A program made the translations under genes and the position numbers. The notes beneath the pieces were generated by a model. The model was not told where the DNA came from and made no database searches. It was given only the letters and a program-made list of their open reading frames with translations. From assembly GCF_006345805.1 (NCBI RefSeq), contig NC_043016.1, positions 17,918,001-17,982,000 of the forward strand: 64,000 nt of DNA, in the 5' to 3' direction. Source of the stretch: Octopus sinensis. Lineage: Eukaryota. Shown here in pieces: positions 1-11,128 of this stretch (position 1 is the stretch's first letter; every line of letters begins with the position of its first letter).

Positions 1-317
1 TGTTTGTATGTGTGAACCAGCGTTCTTTCAGTAACAAACGATGATCGATGTCACCTCTCAAAAGACAACCAATAGATAACATTGACAAAGTGTATTAATT
101 TGATTTACCATCCATATTTATATATATATAATACTACAATTAGCCATCATTTTTGAAGGGCACGGGACCAGCTAGTAAAATTTATAATACTCGTAAGTAA
201 ATGACAATAAAACAACAGTAGGATGTAAAGAATATTTTATGGAAAGTAAAAAGAATGTCAAAATATTTTTATTATAATAAAAAATCGTTTTCTGAATCAC
301 TTTCACTTGCATTAGAC

Positions 318-942
318 TCGTGCACACCATCACTTGTCAAGAAGGTCGAGGGTGTCTTGGCATCACTCAGCAAGACTTTTGTTAGCCGCTCTCCAGCCAT
401 CTATTTAAAACTGTATACAGCTATGGTACGACCACACTTGGAATTCGCATCATCAGTTTGGAATCCCTATCTTGCTCAGAACATTGACCTCCTGGAATCT
501 GTCCGGAGACGTGCAACCAACGCATACCCTCCATCAGACACCTACCATATTCTGAGCGCCTTGTTTCCCTGGGCATGGATTCACTGGAAGCTCCGGCGTC
601 TGGCGACGGACTTGGTAAACACCCACAAGGTTATCAACCACCTCACCAACAACAACCCTGAACACCTTTTGATCTCCATGTGTCTAACACACGCGGACAT
701 GCCTACAAGTCAGAAAAAACACAGCTCCCTGACTTTCGAAACATTTTTTCACGCTCAGAGTTGCTGAAGCATGGAATAAACTGCCTGCGTCAGTTGTTGA
801 CTGCCATGACACTGCATCCTTTAGGCCCTCATGCTTTCCGAAATCCGCCGAAACTACACCTGATTATACATACACTTTAGATGAGTTGTAGTGCACCTGA
901 GCACTGTACACAATATTATTATTATTATTATTATTATTATAG
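318..942 (+). mobile_element. 5'-truncated CR1/L2-clade LINE 3' end (RT C-terminus) with (ATT)n tail
   Basis: LYTAMVRPHLEFASSVWNPY...LESVRRRAT, then across frameshifts NTRGHAYK and RVAEAWNKLP. An (ATT)n tail lies at about 912-940. Confidence 0.85.
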
Positions 943-1090
943 ACACAATTGCTGATTCCCAAGCACTCGTGGACGAACTTGTAAATTTTTTTTTAAAAAA
1001 ACAAGTCTAGAGTTGTTTGCTTAGAAGAAGCTTCGTTTTTTTTTTTGTTTTTTTTACTTGGTGTCATGCAGAAGCATTTGCTATACTCTT

Positions 1091-1609
1091 TTTACTCTTT
1101 TACTTGTTTCAGTCATATGACTGTGGCCATGCTGGAAATTATTGCTCTGCTTTACAAGTTTTCACTTTACAAGCAGTCTTCGAGAACAAATTAAAGACCC
1201 CAAGACTTATTCTTTGTAAGCCTAGTATTTATTCTATCGGTCTCTTTTGCCGAACCGTTAAGTTACAGGGACGTAAACACACCAGCATCGGTTGTCAAGC
1301 GATGTTGGGGGGACAAACACAGAGACACATACACATATATATATATATATATATACATATACATAGATACGACGGGCTTCTTTCAGTTTCCGTCTACCAA
1401 ATCCACTCACAAGTCTTTGGTCAGCCCAAGTCTATTGAAGAAGACGCTTGCCCAAGGTGCCATGCAGTGGGACTGAACATGGAATCATGTGGTTCGTAAG
1501 CAAGCTACTTACCACACAGCCACTCCTACACCTATAGCAAGCTACTTACCACACAGCCACTCCTACACCTATAGCAAGCTACTTACCACACAGCCACTCC
1601 TACGCCTAT
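1091..1609 (-). mobile_element. tRNA-derived SINE family A with a triplicated 5' head
   Basis: The reverse strand reads GGAGTGGCTGTGTGGTAAGTAGCTTGC...GGTTCAGTCCC (A/B-box-like). There are many dispersed copies, and the 37-bp head unit occurs three times at 1499-1609. Confidence 0.85.
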
Positions 1610-1894
1610 GGTAGTAGAAACTTTTGCACTTTGTTCAAAATTTGGATCTTGTCTTGAGAAATAAAACTCATATACCCAGGATCTCATAATGCAGGTCCTC
1701 ATAAAGTGAGGTATTACTGTACAATGTTTCAAAAAGACTCCTATAGGATTCATTAGAATCTAGGAATATTGATATGTAGGATGCCAGGATTGGCTGAGCA
1801 CTTATTATCAAGCTTGCAGTACTTCCAAGCAACTCTTAGTTGTTGTATGTTGGTAGTATACTCTAGGTTTGTGTATATATATATATATATATAT

Positions 1895-2103
1895 AAAAAT
1901 TAGTAGAAAAATACAAACTGGGACAAGAACGTAAAACATTTGGAAGACGATACAAAAAACACGGACGGGACATTCGAAGCCTTCAATCTTCAGTCAAGAA
2001 CCGGATCATCCTAGCAATTTCGGCTGATTAATCTTGAGATCACTCCGATCCGGCCAGCCCCAAGGAAAAACTAAGCTACGAGCATTAGATTTCTTGGAAG
2101 AAA
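1895..2103 (-). mobile_element. Dispersed repeat in (TA)n, probably a Penelope-like terminal fragment
   Basis: Similar to 41940-42185 (shared gcaatttcggctg...gccag.cccaaggaaaaactaagcta.gagcattagatt). Flanked by (TA)n on both sides. Confidence 0.5.
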
Positions 2104-2120
2104 TATATATATATATATAT

Positions 2121-2405
2121 CCGAGCGTGGCCGTCTGCCAGCCTCGTCTGGCACCTGTGTCGGTGGCACATAAAAAACACCATCCGAGCGTGGCCGTTTG
2201 CCAGCCTCGTCTGGCACCTGTGTCGGTGGCACATAAAATCACCCACTACACTCTCGGAGTGGTTGGCGTTAGGAAGGGCATCCAGCTGTAGAAACACTGC
2301 CAGATCTGACTGGACTGGTGCAGCTTTCGGGCTCCCCAGACCCCAGTTGAACCGTCCAACCCATGCTAGCATGGAAAGCGGACGTTAAATGATGATGATG
2401 ATGAT
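2121..2405 (+). mobile_element. Family C retroelement 3' end (RTE-like tail, (GAT)n) with a 63-bp internal duplication
   Basis: ctcggagtggttggcgttaggaagggcatccagctg...ccatgctagcatggaaagcggacgttaaa-(tga)n. Further copies lie at about 3585-3730, 14310-14470, 22800-23135 (+) and 12170-12230, 47365-47520, 50875-51240, 56845-56925 (-). Confidence 0.8.
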
Positions 2406-2771
2406 ATTACTTATATTATATTAAACTTTTTAATACTTTTTGATAGGTTAAAAAAAATTAAAATTAATAAATTAAAAAATTTAAAGTTTGAAAAATTTAA
2501 AATTTAAAATATAAAAATATAAAAATTTATAAATATAAATTTTTAAATTTCAAATTTTAATAATTTAAATTTTGAATTTTATATTTATATATATTTTGTA
2601 TATTATATTAATTATATTTATTTTTTTGGTTTTTATGTTTTGGTTTATGTCTATCACTGTTTGAGTTGCATAATAGTGGTTTTATCTCTAATTTAATTTA
2701 TACATATATATATTTATATATATATATATATATAAAACACACACACACACATCAGTTTATATGTATAAATA

Positions 2772-3016
2772 CAGTAATCCCTCACCTTATTGCGGTTCAA
2801 CTATCACATGCAGTAATCCCTCACCATATTGCGGTTGACTTATCAAGCACTCAGTACATTGCAGATTTTTCTGGCTAATGTTTGTAAATTTATAACATGG
2901 AATCCTCAGTATATCACAGGTTTCTGTGGCTGATAGGTGTTTATAATTTTTTAGATTTCAGTTATTTCTGTGGGAGGTTTTGGAACATAACACCCACGAT
3001 AATTGAGGGATAACTA
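2772..3016 (+). mobile_element. Tc1/mariner (pogo/Tigger-like) MITE with duplicated left TIR
   Basis: TA|CAGTAATCCCTCACC occurs at 2772 and again at 2811. The right end is gagggataacta|TA. Same family as 26236-26652 in the opposite orientation. Confidence 0.7.
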
Positions 3017-3165
3017 TATACACATAGACATATACCTATATACATAGGTATCAGATTCAATACAAACCATAGATCCAACTCAGAGATGGTTCCTGTGAAT
3101 TTTGAACCCCACTTGTGCTCTTTTATCATATATATATATACAACAAAATTGATGCAGCACAGAAT

Positions 3166-3216
3166 TTTGTCAGTGAACAGGTCGCCGTCTGAAAGCGACG
3201 AAAATATTTTGACAAA
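3166..3216 (+). ncRNA. Minimal type I hammerhead ribozyme motif, G3-C8 core variant (Penelope-type)
   Basis: Stem I TTTGTCA/TGACAAA (7 bp), core GTGAACA, one extra G, stem II GTCGC/GCGAC, GAAA, palindromic stem III AATATT and a UUU site. Activity is untested. Confidence 0.65.
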
Positions 3217-3389
3217 TTAAATTTAAATGTTGAAGTGAATCTAACTGTTTTTGTGTGTTTCTTAAATGGCTTATAAACACCTTCCACGCTGCAATTGTTT
3301 TCGTTCTAGCACACAATCTCAGATCAGGTCACTTGCTATGCAAGTACATCTTCGTAATAATATATATATAATAATATATATATATATAT

Positions 3390-3505
3390 CAGAAGGTAAT
3401 GAATACTTTTACATTAGTGAGGTATCGTTAATTTTCAAGAGAAGACTGGCAAATCATTTGAGCTCATTTAGAGATTTAAAAAAGATTCCAAACAAAGTTA
3501 AGTAA
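3390..3505 (+). mobile_element. Penelope-like GIY-YIG endonuclease remnant
   Basis: YFYISEVSLIFKRRLANHLSSFRD resembles the PLE motif YIG.T...FK.R..NH..SF. It lies about 170 bp from the hammerhead motif. Confidence 0.5.
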
Positions 3506-4089
3506 ATTAATTTGGCTTCAAACAAAGCTCAGTAAATTAATCTGGGTCAAGCATGCTGGAGCCTTGTGAAATGCACCCACTCCACTCTGTAAAGTGGTTG
3601 GCATTTGAAAGGGCATCCAGCTGTAAAAAAAAAAATCATGCTGAAACAGACAGTGGAGCTTGGCAGATCCTGTCAAGCCGTCCAACACATGCCAGCATGG
3701 AAAACAGATATCGAATGATGATGAGGATGAAGACACAGAACAACTTGGTTGAAAAACAAACTTCATAACCACACAGCTATATGTAAAAGTGTGTAGGTCT
3801 CTCTGCTTTAAAAAAAGCAAAATAGAAATAAATATTTTTCTTTATATGTGAATGGATAGAGTGATAGAACATAAAATACCTTGACTAATATATAGATTAT
3901 CTATAGAAGCAAATTGAATTCATGAGGGAAAATAATCTAATTGCTTTTGGCAGGAACAGATGAAGCAAAATAGAATTGGTAAAACTGGGTTACTTGGCTT
4001 CTAAAACAATAGTTTAAAGTGATTTACTCTCAAACCAATATGGAATTGAACAATTTGCTTTTCATGTACAAGCAAAGATGTGTAAATAT

Positions 4090-4097
4090 ACATGTGC

Positions 4098-4129
<32 letters not shown>

Positions 4130-4259
4130 ATGTATATATATGCACACACATAAGCATATCTATCTATATATACATAAAGACATGTGTTTGTATGTATATA
4201 TTTGCGTATACACATCTGCATACATAAAATATAACATATATCTACATTTATACATACAT

Positions 4260-4290
<31 letters not shown>

Positions 4291-4378
4291 TTGTGTGTGT
4301 GTGTGTGCACACATGATATACACACACATACATATATACTTATCTACATATACATTAACACATATATACATAAATACG

Positions 4379-4433
<55 letters not shown>

Positions 4434-4887
4434 ATATATATTTATGTGTGTATATATATTTCTGTATATATATATTATGTATATATATATTTATGTGTGT
4501 ATATATATATATATATATATGTGTATATATATATATGGGTATATATAATATATGTGTATATATATATATATATGTGTATATTATATATATGTGTATATAT
4601 ATATATGTGTGTATATATATATATATATATGTGTATTATATATATATATTCATGTGTATATATATATATTCATGTGTGTATATATATATATATGTGTATA
4701 TATATATATTCATGTGTGTATATATATATATATTTAATATATAAATATATGCATATATACATATATATACATACCTACATATACATGTATATATACATGC
4801 ACATATGGGTACAGGACATCAAAAAACATTGAACACAATGAGAAACAAAAACATAGAAACAAACTTTTATTTGAACAATGAAAAAAC

Positions 4888-4918
<31 letters not shown>

Positions 4919-4965
4919 TAATATATATACATACATTGATATGCATACGCACATTTATGTATATA
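4090..4965. repeat. Compound (TA)n/(TG)n/(CA)n microsatellite block
   Basis: Direct reading. Similar blocks lie at about 11070-11130, 11640-11870, 34430-34605, 38100-38690, 39480-39925, 40660-40765, 42900-43360, 49495-49760, 54370-54520 and 58600-58895. Confidence 0.95.
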
Positions 4966-5491
4966 TAGTGTAGGTGTTTGCTATGTGTTTGTCAACAAGT
5001 GTGGGTGTATAATTTTATATTCGTACATTTCACATTCTTCGCGTGCATGATGTTATATATTTGCACATATTTAGTCTGCAAGTATTTCTTTATTACATTT
5101 ATCAATTTATTTGTTGCACACTACTATTATTATTATTATTATTATTATTATTTAGTTACAACTCAGCTCTGATAAAGTAGCCATTGCGATCAAAGGTTTT
5201 TTCCCCTATGCGACCACACCATTTCATTTTGTCTCATGGAGAGTGGCAGAGTAAACAAGTCTACTGTAAAATACTTTATAAGTAAAATCCATAACTCTGA
5301 CTGCAGAAACAATGTAGAACATCTTAAGCTAGGGTCCTTTGCTATATTCAACTGGTCAATTGGTCAACTGAAACCTTGAGAGTGAACGTGGATGAATAGG
5401 CATTGTGAAAATCTGCTGGATGATTGTACCTGTAATTCCAGTGACCAACCATGTCACATGTTCTCTAACACTGTTCTAGTATGGAGAAAGC

Positions 5492-5537
<46 letters not shown>

Positions 5538-5636
5538 AATTCATATATCTGTTAAAAGAAGAACACTCAAAAACAGTATTTACATGGGTCTTTGTTGATT
5601 TCTGCAATGAATGTTCCAGTTATTCCATCAAATGAA

Positions 5637-6004
5637 CAGTGGCTCTGTGGTAAGTAGTTTGCTTACCAACCACATGGTTCCAGGTTCAGTCCCACACCAT
5701 GGCACCTTGGGCAAGTGTTTTCTATTATAACCTTGGGCAGACTAAAACCATGTCAGTGGATTCGGTAGACAACTGAAAGAAACCCATTGTATATATATAT
5801 ATGTGTGTGTGTGTGTTTGTCCCTCCACTATATCTTGACAACCGATGCTGGTGTGTTTACATCCCTGTAACTTAATGGTTCGGCAAAAGAGACCGATAGA
5901 ATAAGTACTAGGCTTACAAAGAATAAGTCCTGGGGTCGATTCTACTCGACTAAAGCTGGTGCCCCAGCATGGCTGCAGTCAAATGACTGAAACAAGTAAA
6001 AGAG
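5637..6004 (+). mobile_element. SINE family A
   Basis: gtggctctgtggtaagtagtttgc...ggttcagtccc...gactgaaacaagtaaaagag. Confidence 0.85.
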
Positions 6005-6165
6005 TATATATATATAATACATATATATATCAGTTATTTATTTAATTCACTCAGTAGGCAGTTGATTTGATGGAGTAACTGGAATACTCATTGCAGAAAC
6101 CCATTTACTTGACAATATATGCATATATTCACATATAAACCTGATCACTACAGCATGCACATATA

Positions 6166-6435
6166 CATGGGCCCGGGAACAAGGGGGTGCAGGTGGTGCA
6201 AGTGCACCCCCTAGAATTTTTGTGGAGTGCAGAACCAAAATTTGCAGCCCTACTTATTTTCCTCAGGTTTAGAAAACGGTAAATAAAAAGCGATGCGTAA
6301 AAAGTAGCTTGAAGTTAGGTTCCTTCTCAAAGAATTTAACACAAAAATAACAACAAAAAACAATAAGACCTTGTTTGTAAATATTTGTGGACCTGGGTTT
6401 GCACCCCCTAAGCAAATTTCCTTCCTGAGCCAGTG
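6166..6435. mobile_element. hAT-type MITE with 8-bp target site duplication
   Basis: TSD CACATATA at 6158-65 and 6436-43. Imperfect CA...TG TIRs (catgggcccgggaa / ttcctgagccagtg). A related fragment lies at about 31395-31520. Confidence 0.7.
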
Positions 6436-6734
6436 CACATATACATACATACATACATACAGAGACAGAGTTGAATTGCTCATGTAACCATGATGCCAAA
6501 GTGATCTGATGAGCTAGCCTTCTTTATTCGCATTAATTTGTGAATATAGAATTGTAATGTATAATGCTGAACATACACATTAAAGTAAACATGTAAACAT
6601 AATTTCTTCCATACTAAAATTAAGATCACATGAAATAGGATGCAAAACAGACACAATCTAATGCAACACTGGGTTAAATTATGTATTATATATATATATA
6701 TATGTATTCATCTATCATACCACCTGATTTAATG

Positions 6735-6787
<53 letters not shown>

Positions 6788-6821
6788 TTATATATATATG
6801 TATTATATATATATATAAAAG

Positions 6822-7160
6822 TAAAAGGGTAAAGACCCCCTTCGGTCATGACTGACCGTGGGATTGAACCTAGAAAGTTCCCCTCGAGGCACAAGTCCAG
6901 GCAAGGTTGTTTATGGAAGACCAGCAGTTGCCCATGCATACCGGCCTCTTCTCTCCACACCACCAGTGTTATCCAAGGGAAAGGCAAAGGAGCTGATACG
7001 GCTTGGCACCTGTGACGTCGCAACTCATTTCTACAGCTGAATGAACTGGAGCAACGTGAAATAAAGTGTCTTGCTCAAGAACACAACACACAGCCCAGTC
7101 CAGGAATCAAACTCACTATAACATAAATGTGAGCTCAATGCTCTAACCACTGAGCCATGT
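6822..7160 (-). mobile_element. tRNA-derived SINE family D
   Basis: The reverse strand reads catggctcagtggttagagc...ttgtgttcttgagcaagacacttta...gggggtctttaccc. Relatives lie at about 7660-7965, 25745-25995, 33460-33675, 40090-40260 (+) and 60325-60575 (-). Confidence 0.8.
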
Positions 7161-8499
7161 GTGTGTGTGTATGGACATACCTACATACCAGGCATCATAA
7201 AAAAGAACGGAGAATTATACATCTTCAAAACTTATTTATTACAGTATTATTCGCATCAAATTCACATTAGCTTTCAATCCAACATATTTTTTTCCTGCAT
7301 ATATGTCCAAATCATTTGATGTGGTTTTAGCTTCTTCTTTTTTTTTTCCATCCACAATTCCTGTCGGATGGTCTTGGGGAGTGACTGTGGCACATTCCAT
7401 GTCCTAAATATGATAGCTTTGTGGACTTGATTCTCGGCAATATATGTGACAAGTGGATCAACCTACCTCATCATTGGATCCGACAACTCAACACACCCCA
7501 GCCATTACCACCTTTCTCCCTCACACTAATCCTTGGTATTCTCTTCCTTTTCTCTTTCCCTGTATCCTTCCTTTCCTCCATTATTCTCTCCACTACCATC
7601 CTTTTAGTGTGAAGCTTGGCCAACATCATGGGAGTGGTTAATGCAGTGGTTAATCCATCATGGCCTAGTGGTTAATGCAGTGGACTCACAGTCAAGGGAT
7701 CATGGGTTCGAATCACAGACCAGGCGATGTGTGTGGTTATGACTGAAACACCTAAGCTCCACACGGCTCTGGCAGAAGGTAATGGCAAACCTCTGCTGAC
7801 TCTTTTGCCACAACTTTCTCTCACTCTTTCTTACTGCATCTTGCAGCTCACCTGAGACGAACTGGTGTCCCGTCCAGGTGGGGAACCTGTATACCAATGA
7901 AACCAGAAAACAAGCCCTTATGAGCCAGGCATGGCTCGAGAAGGAACAAACAACAACAACAACAACATCATAATGGGGATTTTCAATTGCTTTGTGAATA
8001 ACAAAGGTAGATTCCAAGAGCTGGTGTCACAAAATACTCTTCAAGTCATACATAACTGAAATTGAAATTGAGCAGTGGCAACAAAGCGTCCTCAACTACA
8101 TTAGCAGGATAACTGTGAAGGCAATCTGGACTGACAGTTATGGAAGACAGATTATATGATAAAGCCAACATTGAATGGGAATTATAACTGCCTTGCATAG
8201 TGCCTGTAAAGAGTTAAAGACTAAGGGAGACAACCCTGACAGCCAATCAGTTTGAAAGAGAAGTCAGAGCCCAGCAGCCCCTTTTTCTCCAAAAACAAGC
8301 ATGAAGACACAGTTGATGGATAGTAATGGTTATATATGAGGCCCCTGACTCTCAGCTATAATGATGGGCATATTCATTTATTCATATTGTGTGGGGTGGG
8401 CTCAGATGGATGAGGATATCCAGATGAATGATCAGACAAGGAGAAAGTCACTGTAACGGATTGAGAACCCAGAATACTGCATTTCCAGGATTTAGTATT

Positions 8500-9105
8500 G
8501 CTGAGAGGGGGGAGTCTTTTTGAGAACGTCCTTTGTCATCTCATCCATCAGGATCAGGGTCCTGAGGTTAGCTTCCACCACTTCATCCCATGTCTTCTTC
8601 TTCTGCAGATCCTACCCACATCAACCCTTTCCTTACTGGATTTCTGTTGAGACGCTCTGTGTTTCTTACAATTAATTTTTAAATATAACAAAGAATTTAG
8701 TAAAATAAATCAGTTATCATTAAGCTAGTGTTAGGAACATAAATTGTGACTAAGGTTTGGTGGAAGTTTTTAATTCAGATCTTTTGAAAACAAGACATTT
8801 GTACTCAGAGCCAGTGCCGGTTTCAGCCAGGTTGGTAACAAAAGGGTTAAATCAACTTCTTCATGCAGCTGTCCTCATTCATATGCATCATGTGTTCACA
8901 CAAGCAGTCTTTTTCCTTGGACACAGCATCTGACACCTCTTATATTCAGTTTTCCACTCAGCACCTTTGTACTAATTCTTTCACATACACCCACATTGCA
9001 CATCCAATGGAACATGCTCGTTTCATTTCTTTCCAGCTTTCTCAAGTCCTCTGCATTCAAGGCCCATATCTCACTACCATGGAAGTATTGTAGTTCTAAC
9101 ACAAA
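8500..9105 (-). mobile_element. RTE-clade LINE RT C-terminal fragment interrupted by a MITE
   Basis: HGSEIWALNAEDLRKLERNETSMFHWMC...RRL at 9105-8860, and KKTWDEVVEANLRTL at about 8605-8540. Confidence 0.75.
8621..8850 (-). mobile_element. piggyBac-like MITE family P2 (TTAA-CCCTTT...AAAGGG-TTAA)
   Basis: Ends are tcaaCCCTTT at 8621 and AAAGGGttaa at 8850. Related copies lie at 29899-30375, 30668-30800 and 53325-53540. Confidence 0.7.
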
Positions 9106-9576
9106 CATCATACGATCTGCTCTTTATTCTTAGGGAAAAGATCCTTATTTATCATTAGTGAAAGTAGCTCTTTGAACTTTCTCCAACCAGTTCTTACTCT
9201 AGCAACTATACTTTCACAGCAACCACCTCCATTGCTAATTACATCTCCTATGTAACAAAACCCATCAACTACTTCTAATGAGTTAGCTGAGCACTGAAGA
9301 GACTCAATTTCAGGTGCTCATATGAACTGCTCAGTGCATCTATTGTATATGAAGTAGATATTCTTCGATAGTCTGCCAATGAGTCCATTACATCCTTTAG
9401 TGTGTCCATAATTTATAACACGTAAACAAATGTATACAGGCATATATAAACATGCATATATATGTGTATGCATATATATATATATGTGTGTGTGTGTGTG
9501 TTGATATACACACACACATACCTCCCCCACCCTCTCTTTCCCTTTCCTTCTGTCTGTCACATTGTCTATCTCTCTG

Positions 9577-9644
<68 letters not shown>

Positions 9645-9670
9645 GACACACACATACACACACACACATA

Positions 9671-9716
<46 letters not shown>
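9577..9716. repeat. (CA)n microsatellite
   Basis: Direct reading. Confidence 0.95.
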
Positions 9717-9717
<1 letters not shown>

Positions 9718-9789
9718 GGAAGTTCTGAAAAGTTCATGGCTTTGGGTAAAAGAATATACAGGAGGATCAGTTTATTATGGTTTTATTCA

Positions 9790-10660
9790 ATGTGGATGTG
9801 TGGTATGCAGCTTGCTTACCAACCACATGGTTCCAGGTTTAGTCCCGCTGCATGGCACCCTGGGTAAGTGTCTTCTAGTATAGCCTTGGGACAATCAAAG
9901 CCTTGTGAGTGGATTTGGTAGATGGAAACTGAAAGAAGCCCATCGTATATATAGATGGGCATGGCTGTGTTGTTAGGGAGCTTGCTTCCTAGCTACATGG
10001 TTTCGGGTCAGTCCACTGCGTGGCACTTTGGGTAGGTGTCTTTCACTATAGCCCGAGCTGACGGAGCTTTGTGATTGAATTCGGTAGGTGGAAGTTACTG
10101 TCGTGTGTGTGTATATGTGCGTGTAGGTGCTTGTGCTCTCCGAAAGGAGAGGAGGGATATATATATATTTTTAACTTTTATATTTAAATTAATTTATGTA
10201 TTGGCTTATGTTTTTCACTGTTTGATTTGCCTAATAGTGGTTTTATCTCTAATTTAATATAATATAATATATATATAAAGAATAAGGAGAAAATGGAGAG
10301 GTAATTAATAAAATATTACTTATTATAAAATATGGCAGCATCTCTAACAGCTATTTCGGTTCAATAATCTTTAGATAATTAATTTATAAAATTAAAATCC
10401 TTATAAGATGAATCTCTTCAGAGGTAGTAAGGATATACCGATTAGAAAGACATGTTGAGATAACAGCTATAAACCATTAACTGATAGCATATATACAAAA
10501 AGGTGTTTGTGTATCTGAATTTGTCCCCCACCATCATCACTTGACAAGTGATGTTGGTGTGTTTACATCCCCGTAACTTAACTGTTTGGCAAAAGAGACT
10601 GAGAAGATAAGTAATAGGCTTATAAAGAATAAGTCCTGGGGTCGATTTGTTCGACTGACA
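9790..10660 (+). mobile_element. Cluster of SINE family A fragments (about 9790-9950, 9957-10100, 10500-10655)
   Basis: Two heads with the ggcacc(t/c)tgggtaagtgtc core and one 3' body segment. Confidence 0.7.
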
Positions 10661-10879
10661 CAAATGAAAAAAGGAAAATGAATATTCTCCTCTCAGATTC
10701 ACACACATATCGTAGAAGCCCTTCAGTTTTTCTAAGCCCTGTAAAAACACTCGGTAGGCAGGCCTTTTGCAATACCCTTAAATCCAGGAACATTTCAAAA
10801 CCTCCTCATGTGCGTGGGTGTATGTGTGAATGTGTGTATGTGTATAAATATATAAGAATATATGTACAAGCATATATAT

Positions 10880-11058
10880 ATATATTGTTGGCGATTTTTT
10901 TTCCTCCGTCTTCCCTTCTCTGGATGTTTCCTTCTCCTATGTTTCCGACGAAGAGCTCCGCTCGAAACATTAAACCCTCCTCCTTTCCTGAGCGTCCAAC
11001 AATACTATATTTGTTCCACGTCCTCGTGTTGTGTTTTTTTGTGCTTTCTGTTTGGATA

Positions 11059-11062
<4 letters not shown>
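10880..11062 (+). mobile_element. Penelope-like terminal fragment inserted in (TA)n
   Basis: Homologous to 48172-48422, flanked by (TA)n on both sides, and carries a hammerhead-like motif. Confidence 0.6.
10941..10975 (+). ncRNA. Minimal type I hammerhead-like motif (U4C core)
   Basis: GTTT-CCGACGA-A-GAGC tcc GCTC-GAAAC-ATT-AAAC, with stem I GTTT/AAAC. The site is ATT where the sister copy has GTC. Confidence 0.55.

Positions 11063-11128
<66 letters not shown>

Noticed and set aside
255-767. 170-aa ORF as a host gene
   Set aside because: It is a frameshifted, 5'-truncated LINE RT remnant.
4030-4952. Many ORFs rich in Y/I/C/V/H/T here and at 9.3-9.9, 34.4, 38-38.7, 49.4-49.9 and 58.5-59 kb
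   Set aside because: These are translations of (TA)n/(CA)n microsatellites, with no splice signals or domain content.
5637-5700. tRNA-like heads (A/B boxes) in SINE families A, B and D
   Set aside because: No complete cloverleaf or acceptor stem was found. They continue into SINE bodies and are dispersed, so they are not called tRNA genes.
10340-10425. Hammerhead-like CTGAAGA...GAAATAGCTGT on minus
   Set aside because: Stem II would span about 70 nt of poorly paired AT-rich sequence and stem I is only 2 bp.
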